NCBI GenBank assembly: GCA_014729675.1
Contig: WJJM01000039.1
Location: 1,479-65,478, forward strand
Length of the DNA: 64,000 bases
Reading direction: 5' to 3'
DNA from: Candidatus Woesearchaeota archaeon
GTDB taxonomy: Archaea > Nanobdellota > Nanobdellia > Woesearchaeales > WJKL01
The notes under the pieces are model-generated. The model had not been told where the DNA came from. It saw only the letters and a list, made by a program, of their open reading frames with translations, and did no database searches. A program made the translations under genes and the position numbers. Of this stretch, positions 20,458 through 29,226 are shown piece after piece (position 1 is the stretch's first letter; each line of letters begins with the position of its first letter).

Positions 20458-20727
20458 ATGGGAAAAGAAAAAATTTTTAATGTTTTTTTCAGGGAAAAGC
20501 CGGCTATGATGCTGGTGAGCTTAAAGAACACGAAGGGTGCTGTATATGCGTCTTCTTTGGCAAAAAAGATAGACTGTACATATTCTCATGTTGTGAAGAT
20601 CCTACAGGAAATGGAAAAGTCAGGGCTTGTCAGCTTTGAAAAGCAGGGAAGGTTGAAACTTCTAAGCCTGACTAAGAAAGGTTCAGATGTTGCTGAGAAC
20701 ATTACAAGCATAAGAAACCTATTATAA
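20458..20727 (+). CDS. Small winged-helix transcriptional regulator (ArsR/MarR-like)
   Basis: ATG 20458 preceded by GGGGGA SD; SLAKKIDCTYSHVVKILQEMEKSGLV wHTH; the upstream TTG-initiated part of the ORF looks non-coding. Confidence 0.5.
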   Translation: MGKEKIFNVFFREKPAMMLVSLKNTKGAVYASSLAKKIDCTYSHVVKILQEMEKSGLVSFEKQGRLKLLSLTKKGSDVAENITSIRNLL

Positions 20728-20788
20728 TATCTTTCAGAAAGGCTTTTGAATCTTTATTTCTATAATTTATATCTTTAAAAAAATAAAT

Positions 20789-21034
20789 TTATTGAGTGCA
20801 GCTTTCTATTTTATCATGTACACATAATGAAGCTTCGCATGATTCAGGGTATAAGCAGATATCTTCTGTGCATCGGTCATCGTCATCACAATCAGCGTCT
20901 TCAGAACATTCGCATACTGGAGCTATTGCGGCTCCGGTTATCTCGCTTTCGAAATTGTTGATCATTATGCCTACACTAAGCATGAATGCTATAAGAACGC
21001 TTACTGTTATAGCTGATTTTACCTTGTAATTCAT
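20789..21034 (-). CDS. Small secreted acidic Cys-rich protein (signal peptide + 8-Cys module)
   Basis: N-terminal hydrophobic signal; CECSEDADCDDDDRCTEDIC...C...C pattern. Confidence 0.35.
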   Translation of the reverse strand: MNYKVKSAITVSVLIAFMLSVGIMINNFESEITGAAIAPVCECSEDADCDDDDRCTEDICLYPESCEASLCVHDKIESCTQ

Positions 21035-21081
21035 TTTTATCTATCTAGTGTTTTAAATTTATAAACCTTTCGAAAATAGAT

Positions 21082-22488
21082 CTAGGATGCTGTCTTTTGT
21101 TTCAAGATATCTTCGGCAGCAGCTATGAACTCTTCTTCTTTTTCTACAGGAACAAGTGCTCCAGCAGCATGCATATGGCCTCCTGCTTCTCCCCCCACCT
21201 TGTCTGTTATCTCCTTCATCACACCTCTCATGCCACCGTCTTCCTGATTCTTCCGGCTGCTGATCCTTAGAGAAACTTTTGTGGTCTCTTTGTCTGTCCT
21301 TGCCAAAGACATTATGTATGTATTTTCATCTATATCATTTGATTTCGACACTATGGATGCAAGTGTTCCTATTATTGTAGAAAGGACATTGTCTCTTGCA
21401 TTGATTATCATGTAATTTTTTCCTTTTTTTATGTCACTGATTTTCTTGTTGTCATGATACCAATTTATGGCCTTAACAATCTCTTTTTTGTATTCATCTA
21501 ATGTCTTGAGTGCTTTTCTTTTTTCTTCTTTTATTCCCAGGCAGGCTCCTATCCCCAGGGATGCCCTGTCAAGCCTTCCGCAGGCGTTAAGCAGTGTAGC
21601 AAATTCCCTTGCATCTCTCATTGTAGAGCCTTCCTTCTCATTCGGAAGAGTGTAGATATTTCCAAGAACATCTTCAGGAGAGGTTTCTCCAAATCTTTTC
21701 ATTATGACTCCTGCTACAAGTTTTTTCATCTCTTCTTCATTGAGATGTATAAGTTTTCTCCATCCTTTTTTATCTTTTGGGTTGATGCCTATCTGGTGCA
21801 GGAACTGGATGGCGCCAGATTCTGAGCCTGAGACACCAGGGATATACGGATCTGTGCTGTATTCAAGAACTTTGTGGATAGGCTTTGTCTGAGAGCCGAA
21901 AACTCTCAGGCCCTTGCTTAAACTTAGGTTTCCCTTTTCGACAGCGTCCTGAAGTATATCATGGTTGAGCTTCTTGAATCCCTGCTCTTCCTGGACATCT
22001 CCCAAAGCTCCGATAATAGCAAGGTGTGCTATGTTCTTGTATCTTTCATCTACTGTCCTTGCAAACAGATAAACAACCCCTGCTCCGGATACCTCGTGAG
22101 AGCCGTCTATGTCAAAAAGATGAGGGTTTATATGTGTTATATTTTCTGCAGAGATGTCTTCTATCTCGTGATGGTCAAGTATTATTATCTTTTTCTCTTT
22201 CATGATATCTTTTATATCATTTATCTGGCCTGAGCCAAGGTCTGTGAAGATGTAATGCTTAAAATCTTCTTTTGCCAGTTCTGAAACCTTTTCCCTGTCC
22301 AGCTGTTGAAGGATAGATATAGAGTATTTCCTGTTTTCCTCGTTCATCAGATTTATGATTATAGCGCCTGCTGTTATACCATCTGCATCCAGGTGAGAGA
22401 TTATCCTTATTGTTTCAGAATTGTCTATGGATTTAAATCTTTCAGCTGCTTTTCTAAGTGATTCATAGAATCTTTCGTATCTGTCCAT
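21082..22488 (-). CDS. DHH-superfamily phosphoesterase, RecJ-like nuclease
   Basis: HLDADGITAG (motif I), IILDHHE (DHH motif), GGGH near C-terminus (DHHA1). Confidence 0.7.
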   Translation of the reverse strand: MDRYERFYESLRKAAERFKSIDNSETIRIISHLDADGITAGAIIINLMNEENRKYSISILQQLDREKVSELAKEDFKHYIFTDLGSGQINDIKDIMKEKKIIILDHHEIEDISAENITHINPHLFDIDGSHEVSGAGVVYLFARTVDERYKNIAHLAIIGALGDVQEEQGFKKLNHDILQDAVEKGNLSLSKGLRVFGSQTKPIHKVLEYSTDPYIPGVSGSESGAIQFLHQIGINPKDKKGWRKLIHLNEEEMKKLVAGVIMKRFGETSPEDVLGNIYTLPNEKEGSTMRDAREFATLLNACGRLDRASLGIGACLGIKEEKRKALKTLDEYKKEIVKAINWYHDNKKISDIKKGKNYMIINARDNVLSTIIGTLASIVSKSNDIDENTYIMSLARTDKETTKVSLRISSRKNQEDGGMRGVMKEITDKVGGEAGGHMHAAGALVPVEKEEEFIAAAEDILKQKTAS

Positions 22489-22533
22489 TTTAAGATAAAA
22501 AAAGCTGCATAATATGCAGCACCAATAAAAACT

Positions 22534-22989
22534 TTATTCTACGTAGAGTCTAATCCTCTCAGGATGATATTTCCATTCTTCTGCAAGATTTCCTGCTCTT
22601 TTATGATATCTTGCAAGAGATTTTAACTTACTTTCTGTAAGGATAAGCCCTCTCTTGGCTGATTCGTCCTTGTGATTTTCCTCAAGATGTTTTCTTATAG
22701 CGATGCTTCTCTTTATAAGTGCCATAAGATCTTCAGGAATTTCAGAAGTTATCTTGTTTTCTTTAAGTATCTTCTGTATCTTCTTTTTTGTAACTTCTTT
22801 TACAGAAGGTATTCCATAGGAATCTCTCAGGAATATACCTATCTGCGAAGATGTTTTTCCTTTTTTTGCCAGTTTAACTATAAGCATCTCTATCTCTTTT
22901 GGTTTGTATCTTATCCACGATGGTGCTGTCTTTCTTTCAGGTTTGTGTGAGCCTGCTTTTCCTTTTTTTCTTGAATATTTTCTTGCCAT
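22534..22989 (-). CDS. rps15: Ribosomal protein uS15 (archaeal S15P / eukaryotic S13e type, with N-terminal extension)
   Basis: 151 aa; basic N-terminal extension and conserved YHKRAGNLAEEWKYHPER C-terminal region typical of archaeal/eukaryotic S15. Confidence 0.85.
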   Translation of the reverse strand: MARKYSRKKGKAGSHKPERKTAPSWIRYKPKEIEMLIVKLAKKGKTSSQIGIFLRDSYGIPSVKEVTKKKIQKILKENKITSEIPEDLMALIKRSIAIRKHLEENHKDESAKRGLILTESKLKSLARYHKRAGNLAEEWKYHPERIRLYVE

Positions 22990-23499
22990 ATTTCCACCTT
23001 ATATTTTTTTTCAGGAGAATAAAGAATTTTTGCTTTATCTCCAGCGTAATCCAGCTTGCACCAGATCACCTCTTGATATTATCAGTTATTTTTGTCTGGT
23101 TTAAAAAGGTTGCTGTTTTTGAGTTGATCTTTGTGATTTACAATTTAATTTGATTATTGTCTGTTGGAGCAAAAATAATTTTAGCTTAAGATTTAATCAT
23201 TATCAATCATTGGTTTGTCGGACACTTTTACAATGACGTTAAGCAGACAAACGTAAAGAAACTTTCGGTTGATAACAATGTCTTTGCATAACAGATAGAT
23301 TTATATGTTTCGGTGTTTTTTATCTTGTTATGGCAGAAAAAGATTTTGTTGAGATGATGCTGAAGAAGGCAAAAGAGAAAAAAGAGACTGAGGCACAGGA
23401 CAGGACAGGGAATACTGGCCACAGGGAGATAGAAGATCTCGTTGAGTCAATAAGAGAATGGAAGCAGAAGAAAAAAGAGTGATTCCAATCAAAACAAAG

Positions 23500-23625
23500 A
23501 AAATAGCCCTGCTGTTTGAACCTGAGGGTTAACACCCTACAGCTACCTGTTGTGGGTTTCGCAGGTGAAAAGTTAGATTCGCTTCGCTCATCTAGAAACC
23601 TGCTCAAGCCCACCAAACAAAGATA
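23500..23625 (-). repeat. tRNA-Gln-flanking conserved element, copy 1 (about 125 nt, immediately 3-prime of tRNA-Gln(TTG) on the minus strand)
   Basis: 97% identical to 24653..24776; proximal end mimics the tRNA T-arm/acceptor 3-prime half (GGTTCAAACAGCAGGGCT vs GGTTCAAATCCGGGCAGGGCT). Confidence 0.55.
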
Positions 23626-23646
23626 ATAAATAAAGAATAAACAAAT

Positions 23647-23740
23647 AGCCCTGCCCGGATTTGAACCGAGGTCCCAGGACCCAAAATCCTGGATGATTGG
23701 CCATTGTGCACAGCTTAAAGCTGTTCTACACTACAGGGCT
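23647..23740 (-). tRNA. tRNA-Gln (anticodon TTG) with a noncanonical 21-nt intron in the D-loop
   Basis: Manual fold: acceptor AGCCCTG/CAGGGCT, anticodon stem CAGGA/TCCTG with loop TTTTGGG, T-arm CTCGG-TTCAAAT-CCGGG. Relative to the paralog at 24794, AACAGCTTTAAGCTGTGCACA is inserted after GTGTAG. Confidence 0.6.
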
Positions 23741-23780
23741 GTAGATACTCTGAGAATTATGAATCTGTTTATAAAATTTA

Positions 23781-24140
23781 TTATTTAAAATAAGTTTGAG
23801 ATGATTTTATCGCTTTTATCTTTTCTTTTTCTAGATTGACTATAAGCTTGAGATAAGGAAAAAGGTCTTTTTCTTTCTGTTGGGTCATCTTTAGCCCTTT
23901 GTCGGTCAGCTTTAGAAACTGGGTTTCATATCTTATGAATTTTTTCTTTTCAAGTATCTCCAAGTTTTTGTACAGGCCTCTTTGGGACTTATCTATTATC
24001 TTCAGGGACTGCAGGAGCCTGATGAAATCTATCTTTGAGACTGAAGCTTCCAGAGGCTTGTCTTCAAATTTCCTGTTAAGTTTTTTAAGATATGTTTTTA
24101 ATGCATATAATATGAACTCATATTTTTTGTTCAGCTTCAT
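23781..24140 (-). CDS. Hypothetical protein (K-rich, possibly nucleic-acid binding)
   Basis: ORF only. Confidence 0.3.
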   Translation of the reverse strand: MKLNKKYEFILYALKTYLKKLNRKFEDKPLEASVSKIDFIRLLQSLKIIDKSQRGLYKNLEILEKKKFIRYETQFLKLTDKGLKMTQQKEKDLFPYLKLIVNLEKEKIKAIKSSQTYFK

Positions 24141-24241
24141 ACTGCAAAGTATTGTTTTTTGGCTATATAAGCTTTTTGTTTGGATTGACTACAATAGTGT
24201 TAAAAGTAATTTTTATATAGTATCAGGTTATCTTTAGTATT

Positions 24242-24643
24242 ATGGCTAAGAAAATACTTTTTGTCTGCCTTGGGAATCTTGTGAGAAGCCAGATGGCTGA
24301 AGCTTATTATAATCATCTTACAAGATCGAAAAAAGCTTCAAGCGCAGGAATACTTGGTTATGTTTCAGAAAAAAACAATAAACCTTCTAAAAAAGCGATA
24401 AAAGTGATGAAAGAAGAGGGCATAGATATCTCTAAAAGTGATGTTACTGCACTTGATCTGGATATAATCGATGAGAGTGATGAGATATATGTGCTTTGCA
24501 GCAAGCAGGAATGCCCTTATTATCTTAGAAATTCAGAAAAAGAAACAAATTATTGGGATATTGATGATCCTATAGGCAAGAGCATAGAAGAGTACAGGAA
24601 GGCAAGAGATCAGATAAAGAAGCTTGTTCTTGAGATAGTTTAA
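24242..24643 (+). CDS. Low-molecular-weight protein-tyrosine phosphatase / ArsC-type arsenate reductase family
   Basis: ILFVCLGNLVRSQMAEA = C(X)4-5 R S P-loop of the LMW-PTP family. Confidence 0.65.
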   Translation: MAKKILFVCLGNLVRSQMAEAYYNHLTRSKKASSAGILGYVSEKNNKPSKKAIKVMKEEGIDISKSDVTALDLDIIDESDEIYVLCSKQECPYYLRNSEKETNYWDIDDPIGKSIEEYRKARDQIKKLVLEIV

Positions 24644-24652
24644 GAAAAAAAT

Positions 24653-24776
24653 AAAATAGCCCTGCTGTTTGAACCTGAGGGTTAACACCCTACAGATACC
24701 TGTTGTGGGTTTCGCAGGTGAAAAGTTAGATTCGCTTCGCTCATCTAGAAACCTGCTCAAGCCCACTAAACAAAGA
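24653..24776 (-). repeat. tRNA-Gln-flanking conserved element, copy 2
   Basis: Near-identical to 23500..23625; lies 3-prime of tRNA-Gln(CTG). Confidence 0.55.
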
Positions 24777-24793
24777 CAAAGAATAAAGAAAAT

Positions 24794-24891
24794 AGCTCCG
24801 GGCAGATTTGAACTGCCGTCCACGGATTTCACTTTTGAGCTGGGGGCTCAAAACCAGAGTCCGCGATGATTGGCCACTACACTACGGAGCT
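24794..24891 (-). tRNA. tRNA-Gln (anticodon CTG) with about 26-nt intron at the canonical 37/38 position
   Basis: Acceptor AGCTCCG/CGGAGCT; anticodon stem GCGGA/TCCGT; loop CTCTGG + intron hairpin TTTTGAGC-CCCCA-GCTCAAAA; T-arm GGCAG-TTCAAAT-CTGCC. Confidence 0.6.
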
Positions 24892-24990
24892 GTAATTATT
24901 CTGGAAAATCGCGGCTATTTTTAAAAGTTCCTAATATTTTTGGTTAAATTTATAAATGGGCTGGACATTAGAAATTAAAAAGAGGGGAAG

Positions 24991-25446
24991 ATGAATCTTA
25001 GGCTTTTTAAACAGGTTATCAGAAGAAGTAATGCTCTTAGGCAGAAGGCTCAGATAAGCATGGAGTACCTTATCATAGTGGGTTTTGTGGCTGCAGTTAC
25101 TGTTCCTATGATAATAATATTTACAACACATTCTACTGAGATGAATGAGAGCATAATATCAAATGAGGCTGAAAACATAGCTGCAAAGATAGTGGATGCA
25201 GCTGAGTCTGTATATTATCTTGGAGAATTCTCAAAGACCACATTCAGGGTGAGCATGCCTAAGAACATAAATTCTATAACTTTGGGGAATAATGAGGTTG
25301 TTATCTTTGTAGATAAGATGAATGGTTTTGATGAAGTTGTCAAGTACTGTCCTGTACCTATAAACGGAAGTGTGTCCAAGGAGCCGGGACTGTATGACAT
25401 AGTGGTAGAGTCAAGAGGGGATTATGTGTGGGTAGAAAGCAACTAA
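24991..25446 (+). CDS. Type IV pilin-like protein with class III (prepilin) signal peptide
   Basis: Leader ending ...RQKA then QISMEY (Gln+1, Glu+5) followed by hydrophobic helix LIIVGFVAAVTVPMIIIF. Confidence 0.6.
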   Translation: MNLRLFKQVIRRSNALRQKAQISMEYLIIVGFVAAVTVPMIIIFTTHSTEMNESIISNEAENIAAKIVDAAESVYYLGEFSKTTFRVSMPKNINSITLGNNEVVIFVDKMNGFDEVVKYCPVPINGSVSKEPGLYDIVVESRGDYVWVESN

Positions 25447-25835
25447 CTTTATCTGGAAAAGCTCAAGTTTCTATGGAGTTTGTATTTTTGGTGAGTCTGG
25501 CTTTTATGATCATGACGGTATTCATAGCTTCGACAAGAAGCGAGTTTGATGAGTTGAGGAGCGAGGAAGAGAGGACATTGGTCAGGGATGTGGGGATGAT
25601 GGCACATTCTGAACTGGTTATAGCGTCAAATGTTGAGGACGGTTACAGGAGGATCTTTGATATTCCTGAAAAGCTTGACGAATCTATAGAATATGACATT
25701 GAGATATCAAACAATACTCTTTTGGTATATACTGACGATTATGAATCTGTGTTCAATGTGCCTTCAGTCACAGGACAGATACAGAAAGGCAACAACAGAA
25801 TAAACAAGACAGGCGGAACAATATATTTGAATTAA
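25428..25835 (+). CDS. Type IV pilin-like protein with class III signal peptide
   Basis: GTG start; ...SGKA then QVSMEFVFLVSLAFMIMTVF; overlaps preceding pilin gene by 19 nt. Confidence 0.55.
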   Translation: MGRKQLTLSGKAQVSMEFVFLVSLAFMIMTVFIASTRSEFDELRSEEERTLVRDVGMMAHSELVIASNVEDGYRRIFDIPEKLDESIEYDIEISNNTLLVYTDDYESVFNVPSVTGQIQKGNNRINKTGGTIYLN

Positions 25836-25836
25836 G

Positions 25837-26310
25837 ATGGAAAAAAAATCCCAGATATGGTTTACAGATTTTATCATAGGTGTGATGATATTCCTTATAG
25901 TTGTTCTTATATATTATGGGTATTCTTACAGTTTAAACAGTGATCCCGGAGATATCACAAAAGATCTCATAATGGAGGCAAAGAGCATAAGCTCAGCACT
26001 TATCAGCAGGGGTTCTCCTTCAGACTGGAACAAGAGCAATGTGGAGGTTATAGGCCTTACAGACGGGAACCAGAGGATCGTGGAGGAAAAACTGGGAATG
26101 TTTGCAGAGATGGATTATGAAGAGACAAGAGATATATTCAGGACGCCTTATGATTATCATTTTTTTCTCAAGGAAGCAAACGGCAGCATAGTTGATGAAA
26201 ATGGGGAAATTGGCCTTAGTGGGAACAGTTCAGACAATCTTGTTTCCATAACAAGAATAGTTATATACGATTCAAGGCTTGTAAATATGGTGGTGCATGT
26301 ATGGGACTGA
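25837..26310 (+). CDS. Membrane-anchored pilin-like / minor pilin candidate
   Basis: N-terminal KKSQIWFTDFIIGVMIFLIVVLIYYG helix, rest soluble; within pilus locus. Confidence 0.4.
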   Translation: MEKKSQIWFTDFIIGVMIFLIVVLIYYGYSYSLNSDPGDITKDLIMEAKSISSALISRGSPSDWNKSNVEVIGLTDGNQRIVEEKLGMFAEMDYEETRDIFRTPYDYHFFLKEANGSIVDENGEIGLSGNSSDNLVSITRIVIYDSRLVNMVVHVWD

Positions 26311-28196
26311 GAAAAGCCATGTTCTTCACTACAGATGCATTAGTTGCATCATCTATCCTTCTTGGAGGTATATTGATCATATCATCTATATACATAAGTG
26401 AGCAGACCACATCACATCTCAACTATCTTTCTCAGGATATAATAAATTCGTTAGAGGCATTGAAGATAAGGGAGATTAACAACAGCTATGTAGATGAGCT
26501 TGTCAGCAACGGAAATATAACTGACCTTAACAATTCTATACTCCAGCAGGCAGGGGAATTCTGGGCTGAAGATAAGATAGGTCTTGCAAGTGATTTTCTT
26601 GAGAATACAACTGACCAGCTAATCCCTGAAGTTTATGGATTTGGGATATGGATAAACAACGAGCAGATATACAAGAGAGACAACCCGCCTCCAAGATCTA
26701 CATCATCTGCAAAGAAAATAATCAGCGGGATAGACAAGGAAAAACCTATAGACGGTTTCATCTCAAAAGCAAGGGCAAACAACTTTGTAAAAAGAAGTAC
26801 AAGAATAATATCTTTTTCGCCTGAAGGCGCAGGATGGGATGGAAATGACTGGGATAATCCTGGAGAGGCTGTAATAGACAAATATTTTGAGCTTTCTTCA
26901 GGAATGAACATAACAAACTCTACGATGTATGTTTCCCTGCATATAGAGGACGACGGTCCAGACTGGGAGGTTGTAAATATAAACAATGGAACATGCACTG
27001 TAAACAGAGACGAGATAAATTTTTTAGGAGGGGAAGGAACATTTGATATAATAGATGTTTTTGGCTGTATAAATACAGGACAGAACAGCATAAGGCTAAG
27101 GCTCAGGAATCTGGGATATAATGGGCATGTACATCCCGGAATGCTGTTAAGAGTTGATTATACTGTCAATGAGTCAGCCGGTTCATATAATGACAGTTTT
27201 TCAGAAAGATATTTTTTTGACAATGTGGTAAGTAATGAAGGGGCTGACGGAGAGAGTGGGGCATGGAGCATGGTGCCTTTCTTTATCCCTGAGAATGCAG
27301 AGAACATAACTGTCACAGCCCACATCGAGGGAAGAAATATAAGGGATTATACTGGATGGGGATTGTTCTATTCATGGAGCGGATGGAGATGGGCGAGAGA
27401 TTATGACTATATTTTCTTTATAAATGATGATGATTTTTTTGATAGGGATGGGAGTCCTTCTATGAATCCTTCTTATGATTATTCTGCTGAGAATCTTGAA
27501 GATGAGATAGTAGAGGGTACAAATGTTGTCAGTGTATATTTCAACAATTATGCAGACTATGAGTGGGGTTCAGGGCAGCCGCAGATATATTCTGACCCTT
27601 TTGATGACCCTGACGGTTCATCATATATAGAAGTCAATTACACTCTTCCTGAAACCGAAGCCCCTTACGGAAGCATAAAGATAAATGAGATAAAGGAGTT
27701 CGGAGGGTTGGCAAACAGGGAGAAAGAGGAGCATTTTAGCTTTCCTTCACAGGCTGTCCAGATGGGAGAGATTCTTCTTCATCTTGTGCAGCAGTATTCA
27801 TATATTGTGGATGTGTGGGCAAGCACATACAGCCCTGCTGACAATCTTGTATTTTCTGCTCCATCTTCCAGAGCAGTCCCCACTACAATGTTTGTACAGA
27901 ATGATAATTTTGAAATATCATCTTCTGCAAACAATTATGTAAGGGCGAGAGACAGGAACCTTAATGAGATACTTCCTGAAACAGCTGTAGAGTATAATTT
28001 TTATCTTCCTTCTTTTGTAGGCTATGGAGATGTTTTCTCAAGCCAGGAGGGAGCTGAGCAGGATGCTCTTGACAGGCTTAATCAAACTCTTGGAGATTTT
28101 ATATCTTCAGACGATATTCTCGTAGAGTCCAGTGATATGAGAAATGTTCCTACTATGTGGGGTCCTGCTGTGATGGAGGTGAGGGCATGGCACTAG
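26301..28196 (+). CDS. Large N-terminally anchored secreted protein of pilus locus (possible tip adhesin/minor pilin)
   Basis: RKA then MFFTTDALVASSILLGGILII prepilin-like N-terminus; 631 aa; overlaps flanking genes (operon). Confidence 0.4.
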   Translation: MGLRKAMFFTTDALVASSILLGGILIISSIYISEQTTSHLNYLSQDIINSLEALKIREINNSYVDELVSNGNITDLNNSILQQAGEFWAEDKIGLASDFLENTTDQLIPEVYGFGIWINNEQIYKRDNPPPRSTSSAKKIISGIDKEKPIDGFISKARANNFVKRSTRIISFSPEGAGWDGNDWDNPGEAVIDKYFELSSGMNITNSTMYVSLHIEDDGPDWEVVNINNGTCTVNRDEINFLGGEGTFDIIDVFGCINTGQNSIRLRLRNLGYNGHVHPGMLLRVDYTVNESAGSYNDSFSERYFFDNVVSNEGADGESGAWSMVPFFIPENAENITVTAHIEGRNIRDYTGWGLFYSWSGWRWARDYDYIFFINDDDFFDRDGSPSMNPSYDYSAENLEDEIVEGTNVVSVYFNNYADYEWGSGQPQIYSDPFDDPDGSSYIEVNYTLPETEAPYGSIKINEIKEFGGLANREKEEHFSFPSQAVQMGEILLHLVQQYSYIVDVWASTYSPADNLVFSAPSSRAVPTTMFVQNDNFEISSSANNYVRARDRNLNEILPETAVEYNFYLPSFVGYGDVFSSQEGAEQDALDRLNQTLGDFISSDDILVESSDMRNVPTMWGPAVMEVRAWH

Positions 28197-29143
28197 GAAA
28201 AAAAGGTGTGTTTTTTACTTTTGTGGCAGTTGTCTTTCTCTCACTGCTTATCTTTTCTTTGTCAGTAGGAAATAACTATCGGCTCAGGCAGAGAACATTT
28301 GCTCTTGAGACAAGGATAGACAGCATGAGCAAGTTTATCTCAAATATCGAAAACGATATGGAAAGAGGCATATATATCTCGGGATTCAGAGCATTGATAT
28401 GTCTTGAAGAACATGTTATAGAAAACGGAGAGTATCTTGATGATCTTGATTCTAGTTTTAGGGAGATGTTCTTCAATGGGACTGTCAACAGTACAAATTC
28501 TTCTCTTATGATAAACAATACATTTACAGATTGGATGGAGAATATAAAGACAGAGGCAGACAAGATAGATATAATATTGAACATATCTGTAAAGAACATA
28601 AGCCTGTACCATGATAATCCATGGCAGGCAAGGATAGATGTCGAGGCTGAAACAACAATACATGACAAGAAACAGACATCAAGCTGGACAAGAGACAAGA
28701 ACATAACTGCATATATAGATCTTGAGGGTTTTGAGGATCCATTCTACAGATTGGGAACAAACGGTCTTATGGAAAATAGGATAGAAAGGAAAAACCACAG
28801 CCAGCTTGTTTTAGGAACAGATATCTCTAATCTTCTTGATCATTGCGAAAAGGGGGATTATATAGCTTTCAGCGGAGCTCCAAGCTTCCTTATGAGGCTT
28901 GAAGGAAATTTTTCAGAGTCAGAGTATGGGATCGAGAGTCTCGTAGATATAGAAGAGCTTGAGCTTATCGGGCTTACACCTAAAGACAAGAGCATAGTGG
29001 ATCACATCTATTTTGGAGCTGAAGATCCTGATAAATATCATATACAGGGGGCACCTTCCTGGTTTGAACTGGACAATGGGACAAACATGAACGGAAGCAT
29101 ACATAGGCATGAAGCTTATGAAGTTGAAGATATTGTAGGTTAA
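28157..29143 (+). CDS. N-terminally anchored pilus-locus protein (minor pilin candidate)
   Basis: GKKG then VFFTFVAVVFLSLLIF prepilin-like N-terminus (alternative ATG start at 28187). Confidence 0.4.
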   Translation: MGSCCDGGEGMALGKKGVFFTFVAVVFLSLLIFSLSVGNNYRLRQRTFALETRIDSMSKFISNIENDMERGIYISGFRALICLEEHVIENGEYLDDLDSSFREMFFNGTVNSTNSSLMINNTFTDWMENIKTEADKIDIILNISVKNISLYHDNPWQARIDVEAETTIHDKKQTSSWTRDKNITAYIDLEGFEDPFYRLGTNGLMENRIERKNHSQLVLGTDISNLLDHCEKGDYIAFSGAPSFLMRLEGNFSESEYGIESLVDIEELELIGLTPKDKSIVDHIYFGAEDPDKYHIQGAPSWFELDNGTNMNGSIHRHEAYEVEDIVG

Positions 29144-29226
29144 GAAAATGCAGTATAGACGTACACTTAGGAGATTATTGGCAAAAAGAAAGCTTTTAAA
29201 TATGAATTTAGATATTATCAGTTAAT

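Noticed and set aside
23320-24869. ORFs 23320-23616 (-), 24533-24832 (-), 24669-24869 (+) overlapping the tRNA-Gln genes and their flanking elements
   Set aside because: They span tRNA genes and near-identical repeat copies, so the translations are duplicated by construction. No coding signal.
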